DNA of 52,403 nucleotides from a virus (Duplodnaviria; Caudoviricetes), in the IMG/VR virus record IMGVR_UViG_3300020161_001350, positions 1 through 52,403 of that record. The stretch is one strand, 5' to 3'. Under the pieces are notes generated by a model. It saw only the letters and a list, made by a program, of their open reading frames with translations. It did not search any database and was not told the DNA's origin. Each line of letters starts with the position of its first letter. The first letter of the stretch is position 1. A program made the position numbers and the translations under genes. Shown one piece after another: positions 17,656-26,161 of the stretch.

Positions 17656-18671
17656 ATGTTGAATCTTAACTGCGCTTCGATACTTCTGAAGGAGTTACTA
17701 CTTATAATTCTTTCTATCTCATCCACACTTTTTCCAGCAATAATCATTTCATTTATGTCTTTGCCTTGGGTGTTGCTTGGCCAAATTACGACATTGTGAC
17801 CTGATTTGATCGCATCTTGCATCATCTTTACGATTTCTTTATTGCGTGGTTCATTATCAAAAATTAATAACTTTTCATCTGCTGAAATTTCATCTGATAC
17901 AATGGACAAGTTGGCATCACCACTGGCCACACAATTGGCAAGAAACATTGAATCGATAGGGCCTTCTACAATCTTTACTGGTTGCTTAAGGTCTATACGA
18001 TCCATACCATAAATCAACTTGTTCTCATTCTCATTTGTGCGAAGCGTGACATATCGTAGTGTTTTGTCATTTGTTTCTAGCGCACGACCTGATACAGCAA
18101 TTAAATCATCGTACTCATCATAGAAAGGAATTACAAGGCGAGCATCATCAACTAACTGCTTACCGTGATTTGGTATTAAAACATCTATGAATTGTTTGTA
18201 GTGCTGAGTGAATAATAATTTACTGTATAGTTTAGATGGTATCTGTCTTTTTATACAATAGTCTAAACAATAATGTCCACTTGGTAATTTGTCAACCCAC
18301 TCTGCGTGTTCAAATACCTTTGCTTTCTCAACTCGGCCAAATTTGGGCGGTTGTATGTTGAGGATTGTGTTTGCTGAATAGGAGTTATTGGATTCACCTG
18401 TCTTATACTTTTCCAGAGTGTATTCTCGGTATAATGAGGAATCAATATGCTTGAGGAAGTTACCAACATTTGCGCCTACTCCACAGTTATGGCATTTAAA
18501 GATGAGGTCGTTACCTTTTGAAAAGACATAACCTCGGGCTTTGGATTTGTTCTTCTGACTATCGCCGCAATATGGGCAAGAGAAGTTGAACAAATTACTA
18601 TTCTTCTGCTTGAAGTTACGCAAGCGAGAAGAAACTAATCGTAAATACTTTGTATCAATTGGTAGTGACAT
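17640..18671 (-). CDS. 61: DNA primase (T4 gp61-like)
   Basis: CPYCGD...CHNC zinc finger, VEGPIDSMF, FDNEPRN, KDINEM TOPRIM motifs. Confidence 0.96.
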   Translation of the reverse strand: MSLPIDTKYLRLVSSRLRNFKQKNSNLFNFSCPYCGDSQKNKSKARGYVFSKGNDLIFKCHNCGVGANVGNFLKHIDSSLYREYTLEKYKTGESNNSYSANTILNIQPPKFGRVEKAKVFEHAEWVDKLPSGHYCLDYCIKRQIPSKLYSKLLFTQHYKQFIDVLIPNHGKQLVDDARLVIPFYDEYDDLIAVSGRALETNDKTLRYVTLRTNENENKLIYGMDRIDLKQPVKIVEGPIDSMFLANCVASGDANLSIVSDEISADEKLLIFDNEPRNKEIVKMMQDAIKSGHNVVIWPSNTQGKDINEMIIAGKSVDEIERIISSNSFRSIEAQLRFNMWKKI

Positions 18672-18677
18672 AATATA

Positions 18678-18706
18678 ATCATAACATAAAACTCACAAAA
18701 AGTCAA
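18678..18706 (-). promoter_or_regulatory. sigma70-like promoter for the primase/thyX/nrd unit
   Basis: TTGACT-17 nt-TATGAT. Confidence 0.6.
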
Positions 18707-18708
18707 TA

Positions 18709-19149
18709 CTACTTGATTAGTGTGCCTAAAACACCTAAGTTGACATTACCAAGAATCCATCCAACACTTACAGCTACTGCCACAATGGCAAATTTATATT
18801 TGTCTATCTCTGACAATACTTGTGGCAGTTTTGTTCCTGCATCATCATTTTTATGTTTTATCAAATCAATACGAAGGGCATCAATTCTTTCGGAAATGTG
18901 CCTTTCTACTTGATCAATACGGTCGTGTAAATCTCTAATATCGTTTTTCACTTCTTCTTCTACTTTTTCGTGTTGTTCGTGTCTTTGTTCATGTAAAGTT
19001 ATCATCCTCATTATGTTTACATTTACTTCCTGTAACTTTTCAATTGATTCAGAAAGCTTTTCGCAAAGACGGTCGGTCTGCTCAACATCTTTGCCAAGCA
19101 GACCTATCTTTAATTCAACTTCATGTAACTTTTGTTCTTCGGGATACAT
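18709..19149 (-). CDS. coiled-coil protein with C-terminal TM (lysis-associated?)
   Basis: Heptad repeats, C-terminal hydrophobic segment; last gene of the lysis block. Confidence 0.75.
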   Translation of the reverse strand: MYPEEQKLHEVELKIGLLGKDVEQTDRLCEKLSESIEKLQEVNVNIMRMITLHEQRHEQHEKVEEEVKNDIRDLHDRIDQVERHISERIDALRIDLIKHKNDDAGTKLPQVLSEIDKYKFAIVAVAVSVGWILGNVNLGVLGTLIK

Positions 19150-19350
19150 TTACTTCTTTTCTGGAACCTTGGTGCCTTCTAATTTTTTATGGACTTTAAT
19201 ATCTTTACATTCTTGTACTGGTTTGCCATCTTTACCATTTACAACTTTACCTGCTTTGTCAACTTTGTCTTTACATACTCTTTTAATTTCGGCCTCAGCC
19301 GTTGCCGAAACTGCAAATACTAAGCCTGCGATAAAAATAAGTGATTTCAT
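19150..19350 (-). CDS. small secreted/periplasmic protein (antiholin candidate)
   Basis: Signal peptide MKSLIFIAGLVFAVSATA, two Cys. Confidence 0.65.
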   Translation of the reverse strand: MKSLIFIAGLVFAVSATAEAEIKRVCKDKVDKAGKVVNGKDGKPVQECKDIKVHKKLEGTKVPEKK

Positions 19351-19571
19351 TTTTGTTCCTTTTTAGCAAATTTTTCTGATGCGGTAAAACCTAAACCTGC
19401 AATCGCAATATACATCATACCTTCATAGATGGTATCTTTCACATCTAAATTCCAAATTAAGTCACCAATAAAACCTGCAGCACACAATACAAATGCGAGT
19501 AGTGTAACAACTCTTTTGCTACTGATACCTTCATCAGTACCATCTGTAAGCATGCTGTGATACCACTTCAT
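19347..19571 (-). CDS. two-TM holin candidate
   Basis: SSKR motif, two TMs, basic tail, directly after the endolysin. Confidence 0.6.
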   Translation of the reverse strand: MKWYHSMLTDGTDEGISSKRVVTLLAFVLCAAGFIGDLIWNLDVKDTIYEGMMYIAIAGLGFTASEKFAKKEQK

Positions 19572-20200
19572 TAGTGACCACCCATTACATGAAGTGCATG
19601 TTCATAGTGTTTAATTCTATCTTCTAAACCAATATAACCACCATTGATTCTTCTTGTCAATTCTTTAATATCTCCTGTATCGGCCCACTTATTGAGATTG
19701 TTTGTTTCCCAGAACCAACAGGCAGATTGTGCAGCACCTTCAAATGTAGCAAGATACTCAGGAATCTGTTCAACAGGCGTTTCAATACTCATCGCAAAGT
19801 TTTCGTAATTGCTTTTACCTGTCAGCTGAATCAGACCACGGCCACAATATCTGAAACCATCACCTGAAGCTTCGTCACCATTTCCCATACGACTAGCGTA
19901 GATGCGGTTCGCAATTGCTTCTTGTTTGTTTGGTCTTGAAGCATAATCGTTTGCTAACTCATCGGTCGGAAAATACTTTGGAAATAGTTTACGCAACGAT
20001 GCAGCACGATAATTTAAATTCTCTTTCAATGCCGTGAAACCACCAGATTCGTGAGCGCATTGTGCAATAAAGGCCGCAATACGATTTGGTGTATTGATCT
20101 CATAATCAGGTAATAGTTGAGCAAGGGCATTATGCCAATGCTGAACATATGGATTTTTAGGCAGTAATTGTTTTAATTGATCTAATGTAATCTCTGTCAT
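19571..20200 (-). CDS. glycoside hydrolase family 19 endolysin
   Basis: AAFIAQCAHES, ENLNY, GRGLIQLTG..NY, TRRINGG.IGLEDR. Confidence 0.94.
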   Translation of the reverse strand: MTEITLDQLKQLLPKNPYVQHWHNALAQLLPDYEINTPNRIAAFIAQCAHESGGFTALKENLNYRAASLRKLFPKYFPTDELANDYASRPNKQEAIANRIYASRMGNGDEASGDGFRYCGRGLIQLTGKSNYENFAMSIETPVEQIPEYLATFEGAAQSACWFWETNNLNKWADTGDIKELTRRINGGYIGLEDRIKHYEHALHVMGGH

Positions 20201-20406
20201 GCTAACACACTCGCTGCTGAAATTGCGGCATTAATAGCCGTGTTTAATTGTTCTTTATATTGTAATTCTTCGGCATTCATTGATACTGCCTTTTCTACTT
20301 CTAAACCTTCCAATAAAGATTTATATTCTGCTGCATTTAATTGACCTGCACTATATGCGGCAGTGTAATCTTCGTATGATTGTGCTATTTGTTGTAAGTA
20401 ATTCAT
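20197..20406 (-). CDS. hypothetical protein
   Basis: Coupled ORF in the lysis block. Confidence 0.7.
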   Translation of the reverse strand: MNYLQQIAQSYEDYTAAYSAGQLNAAEYKSLLEGLEVEKAVSMNAEELQYKEQLNTAINAAISAASVLA

Positions 20407-20810
20407 CGTGGTTTCTTCCCTATGACTTTTTGGGCCACTTCAGCAGAGCGACCAATTTGTTGTAACTTGAGTTTGCAAAAAGTTTCAGATACAGTAGGAC
20501 TTTTAACATACAATTCCTTTCCTTGTTTAGCAAGTTCTACCAAATTACCTGCTAGTTTGGTAGTATCTTCATTACGAGGAATGTTTGTAGCAAAATTCTT
20601 CAGTTCAATTGTGGTAAAATACAAACTATCTAAATTCTGTTTTGACTTACTATTATCTTTACAATCTTCAGCGTATAAATCTGCTTGGGTCTTAATACGA
20701 TTGACCAATGCATATTCTGTGGTATCATAACCTGCCATCATATAAGCATCCCACAATGCACAACCTGATAATGAGGTTGAAATGATTGCAACTGCGATTA
20801 GTTTTCTCAT
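20403..20810 (-). CDS. lipoprotein
   Basis: Lipobox LSGC. Confidence 0.75.
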   Translation of the reverse strand: MRKLIAVAIISTSLSGCALWDAYMMAGYDTTEYALVNRIKTQADLYAEDCKDNSKSKQNLDSLYFTTIELKNFATNIPRNEDTTKLAGNLVELAKQGKELYVKSPTVSETFCKLKLQQIGRSAEVAQKVIGKKPR

Positions 20811-21070
20811 TTTACACTATCACTTATTTGTTTTTGTTGTTTATGCCATTCAATCCATGCATCTAATTTATTTTTACATTCGTGATATGCACCATAATTA
20901 GCCGCAACCACTTGTAAAATATCACTCATCTCCGCATTATCTTTTACTTCTTTTAAACTTGGACACGAAACCTTCATTTCGGCTGGCGCATCTGGAAAAC
21001 TCATTTTAACTGGTATGGATTTAAAACAACCAGTCAACAACAAAGGCATTAATAGTATGGTATATTTCAT
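20807..21070 (-). CDS. o-spanin (Rz1-like lipoprotein)
   Basis: Lipobox LTGC, Pro-rich segment, CP.L, NY..YHEC. Confidence 0.8.
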   Translation of the reverse strand: MKYTILLMPLLLTGCFKSIPVKMSFPDAPAEMKVSCPSLKEVKDNAEMSDILQVVAANYGAYHECKNKLDAWIEWHKQQKQISDSVK

Positions 21071-21498
21071 TTCACTTTTGCTGCATCGTTAAGTATTTTT
21101 ACTACATCAGGTGAAATCTTGCACTCAGCATTTACTTTCACCTGAACTTCTTTAATCTTTTCTTGTATTACAACTTGTTGTTGCTTAATTGAATTGTTTT
21201 TATCTGTAAGTGCCTGACCTAATTTGTCATTGGCATCTTTGGCTTTTTGTTCTGCAACTTTTACTTTTTCTTCAAACTTCTTGGCTTCTTCGATCCAAGA
21301 TTTAGATGCGAACAAATAACCTTCAGCAAATATGGCAACGATAAGAAGTGGTAACGCAATTGTTTTAACAATTGCACCATAACCACTAATTACTGGAATT
21401 CTTGCGACTATTGAACCAAAGAAAGTACCAATGACACCTGCAATTAATGCAGCGTGAACAATGTAACTAATCCATGAGTTCAATAACCATAGTATCAT
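21067..21498 (-). CDS. i-spanin (Rz-like)
   Basis: N-terminal TMs, coiled coil, C-terminal C.I......LN.AA; directly upstream of the o-spanin. Confidence 0.75.
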   Translation of the reverse strand: MILWLLNSWISYIVHAALIAGVIGTFFGSIVARIPVISGYGAIVKTIALPLLIVAIFAEGYLFASKSWIEEAKKFEEKVKVAEQKAKDANDKLGQALTDKNNSIKQQQVVIQEKIKEVQVKVNAECKISPDVVKILNDAAKVK

Positions 21499-22031
21499 TT
21501 ATCTTGAGGCTTTCGAATAAACACAGCAAAAGGAACAACCTTTTTCTTATTGCGGAGGCTTACACCTGGTTCGCCTTGTTTGCCAACACCTATGCCAGCA
21601 ATTTCTCCATCACCAACATTATTTACTGGTGATCCGCCAACCATACCTACATCTTCACCCATTGCTCTTTGTAGGCCACGAATAGCGAAATCGTGGTGCT
21701 GAACATGTTTTGGTCCTGCCCAATCTTGTTTATGTGAGCGTAGTGTATCTCTTTCTTTTTTCAAAGATGATACTACTGATTGTGTTTTTGCTACACCATG
21801 TTTTTTTACAAAATCACCATAAGAACCAAGACCTATAGCTCTTTTAAATTCATCGTGAGCCGGTGTATCTTCTTTTAATTTTCGTGCTTCAATATCTTTT
21901 GTAAGCTTTTCGTGTTCGGCTTTAAGTTTTTCTTGCTCAGCTTTCCAGTAGTTTTGACGCTCTGTAGCATCATAACCACCTTTTTTTAAACCACTTAGCA
22001 ATCTTGTTCTAGCTGTATTGTTTTTCATCAT
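21495..22031 (-). CDS. hypothetical protein (possible head-internal protein)
   Basis: ORF; Gly-rich NNVGDGEIAGIG...EPGV segment. Confidence 0.75.
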   Translation of the reverse strand: MMKNNTARTRLLSGLKKGGYDATERQNYWKAEQEKLKAEHEKLTKDIEARKLKEDTPAHDEFKRAIGLGSYGDFVKKHGVAKTQSVVSSLKKERDTLRSHKQDWAGPKHVQHHDFAIRGLQRAMGEDVGMVGGSPVNNVGDGEIAGIGVGKQGEPGVSLRNKKKVVPFAVFIRKPQDK

Positions 22032-22420
22032 TTTATTTTTCTTAATTCCTGTGCTATGATCATATCTACTGGAATATCTGAAGAAAATATATCTTGCCCT
22101 TTAATACTTCTTATTACCTCAGGCATGCAACTCAAAAACAAAAGATATGTTTTGAGTGCTGAATAATCATCTTTCGCCATCTTAAAAAATAATAATCGTG
22201 TTGCAACTTCAGGACCAAAGACATTGTTTAAAACCACCAAGTGATTAATAACTAACTGCTCTCTTAATTCACCTAGTTTACGGTACCGTTTAAATAACCT
22301 TTTGAGGTAATTAAATCGTTTCATATCTTCTCTGAATTCACTCATTATGCAATTTGGCTTATCATAAGCTTTCATCGCATACATCATTATGTTTTCATTC
22401 GTCAAATCTTCAAAAGACAT
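22028..22420 (-). CDS. conserved T4-like phage hypothetical protein
   Basis: EF.ED..RF.YLKRL...LRE.L.INHL.VL.NVFG, recalled from cyanomyoviruses. Confidence 0.8.
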   Translation of the reverse strand: MSFEDLTNENIMMYAMKAYDKPNCIMSEFREDMKRFNYLKRLFKRYRKLGELREQLVINHLVVLNNVFGPEVATRLLFFKMAKDDYSALKTYLLFLSCMPEVIRSIKGQDIFSSDIPVDMIIAQELRKIK

Positions 22421-22851
22421 TATACTTGTTCTTCTTCGTCTTCCTCCTCACCATCTGATAAAAGTTCATCCATTCTCGCATCATCGCCTACTTCAGCAAA
22501 AAACTCATAATGACCTTCATCGGTGAGATAATATAAAATATAAATGTTTGATGCTAAATTTTCTTGGCCAAATTGCTCTATTTCAAAAGCAACTTCATCT
22601 CCTTCCGGGTTAGCATCGTAAAGTGCTGGCATGTCAAAACCAAAACGATGCAGCACTTTACGAATTGCTTGTATACCGCCTTCAGGAGAGAGAAAACTGC
22701 TATACAATTCATTTGTCAATCGATAGTTTATTTCCATACGAATTTTAGGGTTGTCAATAGCTGACGATCCTTCACCCGTAGGTTCATGTGCTTCGATTGC
22801 TTGACCAGATTCAATACTGGTCAATTCTTCCATGAATTGCTTAAAGCGCAT
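22420..22851 (-). CDS. acidic hypothetical protein with CTS-like N-terminus
   Basis: MRFKQFMEE start. Confidence 0.75.
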   Translation of the reverse strand: MRFKQFMEELTSIESGQAIEAHEPTGEGSSAIDNPKIRMEINYRLTNELYSSFLSPEGGIQAIRKVLHRFGFDMPALYDANPEGDEVAFEIEQFGQENLASNIYILYYLTDEGHYEFFAEVGDDARMDELLSDGEEEDEEEQV

Positions 22852-23195
22852 TAAGTATCACCCATAGTAGCATCATCAGATGCATCACCACGCATAGAAC
22901 CCATAGCAACAAGTGTTTCATTATGAATACGACCTGCACGACCACCTGTGCCTACTTTACGAAGTACCCAACCCGCATGACTTCCAGCTGTGTTTGCAGT
23001 TGAAGTTGCTGATTCTTCTGCAGCATCAACACCAAAAACACCAATGGCCATACCTGGAACACCAACTGTTGTTCTTGTTGTAGCAACTGTTGTGTTTCCA
23101 AAAAGTGCTTGGGTGTTTGCTGTTAAACCTAAACCGCCTGTAGGACCAAATTTTGGTGCATTATTTGCGGCATCTAAATTTCCCCAAAGTGACAT
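22851..23195 (-). CDS. putative virion structural protein
   Basis: MSLWG...HAGWV...GR...ETLVAM; late-promoter-like site upstream. Confidence 0.7.
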   Translation of the reverse strand: MSLWGNLDAANNAPKFGPTGGLGLTANTQALFGNTTVATTRTTVGVPGMAIGVFGVDAAEESATSTANTAGSHAGWVLRKVGTGGRAGRIHNETLVAMGSMRGDASDDATMGDT

Positions 23196-23228
23196 TGTTT
23201 CTCTCCTAAGAATTAAAATTTGATAATG

Positions 23229-23236
23229 TATTTATG
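23229..23236 (-). promoter_or_regulatory. T4-type late promoter variant CATAAATA
   Basis: Intergenic, one mismatch to TATAAATA. Confidence 0.55.
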
Positions 23237-23246
23237 CCTGCACTCA

Positions 23247-24959
23247 CTATTGTACTTTTGTTAATGTAGATGATAACTCCGGTTCTTTCTGAAAGGCATC
23301 TTCAGAACCCTTTTTCTTCTTCATAATATCTTTAACGATTGCAGCCTTTCGTGATTCTTCTTTGATAGGTGCTTTCTTCATCTTTTCTGCTTGTTTTTGC
23401 ATGGCCGTACGAGCAAGATGGCGTGCTGTAGAATATTCTTTACCATATTTGCCAGCAACTACACTCTGTTTCTTTGGTTTATCTGGTGTAAATGGTAAAT
23501 CTTCTTTTGCTTCTTTTGCAAGGCGTTTGATGGCACCTTTTACGCCTTCAATTCTTTTATCGGCCTTTACGCTCTTTTGCATACCTTTTGAAGAATAACC
23601 TTTCATCTGTGCGGCATAACTGGTCGCTGCATCTTTTTTGTTTTTTGCATCATCGGTAGCTTTTGTGGCATAAGAAGCAAGAGTAGATTTTTTTAACTCA
23701 TCAATCTGCTCAACTTCTTCATTCATTTCAGCAGTTAGGTAATTGGCAACAGTAGAAATATAATCTTCTGCTAAAGTAATTTTGTTCTGACACCATTCTG
23801 GAAGATTATCCGCATCTTCAATCATGTCGTGTAATTTCTTTGAATTTGCCATAATTGAGCGCAAATCTGATTTGGCCATATCACCTTCTTGGTCATATTC
23901 ACCAATATCAAATTTATCTTTAACTGCTTCACTTACAGATTTCCAACCACCACCCATGGCCTTGTATTTCTTTGCAGCCCAGCCATTAGCATATGCTGAA
24001 GGGTAAACATCAAACTTGGCCTTTGCTTGTGATTTTGCTTGTGCCCATTTCTCTGGTGATGTTGGTACATTCTTTTCATCAATTTGTTCTACTTCTTCTT
24101 TTTTCAGTTTTGTCATTGCGTTTGACATGGCTAAACCTTTCATTCGGCGATTTACGATGTTCTTAGCAATATCACCATACTCACCGTGAATATGCTTTAG
24201 ATTTGCTTTAATGTCTTTTCTTGCAGCTGATTGATACTCTTTATGTGCTTGTGCTGAGATTTCAGCAATCTGTTCTGTTTCTTCTCTGGCCATTTTATAT
24301 GACTGAGCAAAACTTCTCTCTTTGGTTGAAAGTGGCTTACCGAGTTTAGCTTTGCCTGCTATAAACTTATAGTAGGTTTCATGCTCACTCTCTTTTGGTT
24401 TTAGTGATTTAAAACCTTCAGGCTTTTTAGTAGTATCTTCCTCACTAAAACCTTTTTTCTTAAAATTATCAAACTGCTTAGTGGTTGCTTTAACTACACC
24501 AGAAAATCGTTTGTCGGCCTTTGTAGTATTACCTTCTTTATCGGCCTTAGCAGAATCAGCAGCCGCCTTTTCTTTATAACGGGCTAACAAGTTGGTAGAT
24601 AACTCTGTGATATTTTTTTGTTTATATGTTTTCATAGGTTCTCTATTTGGTTTATCAGTTAATGTTGATTGCGCTGAACCGGCTACTTGTTCTGTAGTGC
24701 CATCAATATCTTCTTTTCTTAATTCTTTACGGCGTTCTTCGTTACTTTTAGCTTTTGGATGATCAGGATTTTTGTAAGGAGTTTTCCTCATTCCTTCTTT
24801 ATCATAATTACCAGATTTTTTCTTAGAAATGGCAGTAGCAGCTGCAATTGCGGTTGCATTTGCTTCTTTGACACAAGACCCTTTAGCATATGCTTTTTTA
24901 CCTGGTGTTGGTTTGTAACCAGGCCAACACCGTTCACGCAATTGAAAAATGGTTTTCAT
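23247..24959 (-). CDS. large basic modular protein, putative head-internal polyprotein
   Basis: Start MKTIFQLRE; repeated EE(V/T)EQI(D/A)E linkers; CWPGYK and YPSAYANGW modules. Confidence 0.8.
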   Translation of the reverse strand: MKTIFQLRERCWPGYKPTPGKKAYAKGSCVKEANATAIAAATAISKKKSGNYDKEGMRKTPYKNPDHPKAKSNEERRKELRKEDIDGTTEQVAGSAQSTLTDKPNREPMKTYKQKNITELSTNLLARYKEKAAADSAKADKEGNTTKADKRFSGVVKATTKQFDNFKKKGFSEEDTTKKPEGFKSLKPKESEHETYYKFIAGKAKLGKPLSTKERSFAQSYKMAREETEQIAEISAQAHKEYQSAARKDIKANLKHIHGEYGDIAKNIVNRRMKGLAMSNAMTKLKKEEVEQIDEKNVPTSPEKWAQAKSQAKAKFDVYPSAYANGWAAKKYKAMGGGWKSVSEAVKDKFDIGEYDQEGDMAKSDLRSIMANSKKLHDMIEDADNLPEWCQNKITLAEDYISTVANYLTAEMNEEVEQIDELKKSTLASYATKATDDAKNKKDAATSYAAQMKGYSSKGMQKSVKADKRIEGVKGAIKRLAKEAKEDLPFTPDKPKKQSVVAGKYGKEYSTARHLARTAMQKQAEKMKKAPIKEESRKAAIVKDIMKKKKGSEDAFQKEPELSSTLTKVQ

Positions 24960-24960
24960 T

Positions 24961-25566
24961 TCAGTCTTTCTTTGCCATTTTTGTGGCAGTAGCATGCATT
25001 ACATTTTTTGCACGCTCGCCATAACGCTCTTTGAAACCAGACATTTTTTTCTTCATTGATTTAACAATTTCTTCTTTTTTCTTTGATTCTGGTTCTGTAA
25101 GTGTGCGCTCATCAATGGTAACTTCTTCTACACCATTGATTACATCAGCATCAAGAACTTCAATTTCTTCTTGTTTTACTGCCTGAACTGAAGCTTTGGC
25201 AACATCAGCTTTATCTTTACCTTCAGATTTTGCCTGAGCCTTTTTAATTTCATCATTAAATTCTTCTTCTGTAGGCTCTTCAGCAATTACGGCAAGACCA
25301 TGTTCCTTATATGCAGCAAGCATTTCAGAAAAAGTCATTGATTTTTCTTCTTCTTGCTCAACTTCTTCTTTCTTTACTTCTTTTTTAGCACGAAGAAGTT
25401 TGAAGTCGTGAGCATCAACCTTGTTGTTTTTGTTGGCATCAATTTTGTGTTGATTGCCTTTTAATCCTTCTTCCAACATTTTTGGTTCCTGCTTTGCAGA
25501 TTCGCCAGCCAAAATCTTGGCAACTACATCTGCGACATTTCTTGTTTTTTGGTTGTCAAATTGCAT
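24961..25566 (-). CDS. charged hypothetical protein (prohead-core/internal-like)
   Basis: AGGAG RBS; E/K-rich; DANKNNKVDAHDF EF-hand-like loop. Confidence 0.75.
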   Translation of the reverse strand: MQFDNQKTRNVADVVAKILAGESAKQEPKMLEEGLKGNQHKIDANKNNKVDAHDFKLLRAKKEVKKEEVEQEEEKSMTFSEMLAAYKEHGLAVIAEEPTEEEFNDEIKKAQAKSEGKDKADVAKASVQAVKQEEIEVLDADVINGVEEVTIDERTLTEPESKKKEEIVKSMKKKMSGFKERYGERAKNVMHATATKMAKKD

Positions 25567-25583
25567 TTTTTTCTCCTAGTGTT

Positions 25584-25856
25584 TTAATTTTTATACGCAA
25601 TTGATACTGCTAAAACATCTGATCCAGCATCCAATTGTAATGTTTCTGTTATTTTTTTTTCTAATATTATTTCTGAATTGTTTAACATTGTAAAGGTTCC
25701 TACATTTGATCCTGCGCCATCTGCAATAATAATTTTGTGTTCTTGTGCGCCAGTATGAACTAATCTAACCACAACAGCATTATTAACTGTTGTGTTAGAG
25801 GATGCTCTAAGAGGAAATTCATTGCCTAAAACTTTTATTAACATTAACAATTCCAC
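25584..25856 (-). CDS. hypothetical beta-rich protein
   Basis: Coupled ORF. Confidence 0.7.
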   Translation of the reverse strand: MELLMLIKVLGNEFPLRASSNTTVNNAVVVRLVHTGAQEHKIIIADGAGSNVGTFTMLNNSEIILEKKITETLQLDAGSDVLAVSIAYKN

Positions 25857-26161
25857 TTTCTTAATGCTTTGTTGATACGGCTATCTGGATCATTGGCAGT
25901 TTTTGCTGATGTTAAACGCTTCTTCATACCACCCATACGAGCGCAGAATGATTTACGGCGATTTGCTGCCTTTGAACCTGGCTTCAATTTGCTTGGCTTT
26001 GTTGTAACTGCCATAGAAAGTTTTGAACCTGGATTCTCACGGCGATATGATTCAATACCTTTACGATTCAAACCGCCAGATTCAGATTTACCTTCTTTGC
26101 GTTGCCATGCAGCAACTTCATCTAAGGCTTCTTCTGTGATAAATGATTTAAAAGATTTCAT
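25844..26161 (-). CDS. basic phage protein (DUF6321-like) with CTS-like leader
   Basis: MKSFKSFITEE; GGLN.KG..SY...NPGS.L, RRKSFCARM, SRINKALRKWNC. Confidence 0.8.
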   Translation of the reverse strand: MKSFKSFITEEALDEVAAWQRKEGKSESGGLNRKGIESYRRENPGSKLSMAVTTKPSKLKPGSKAANRRKSFCARMGGMKKRLTSAKTANDPDSRINKALRKWNC

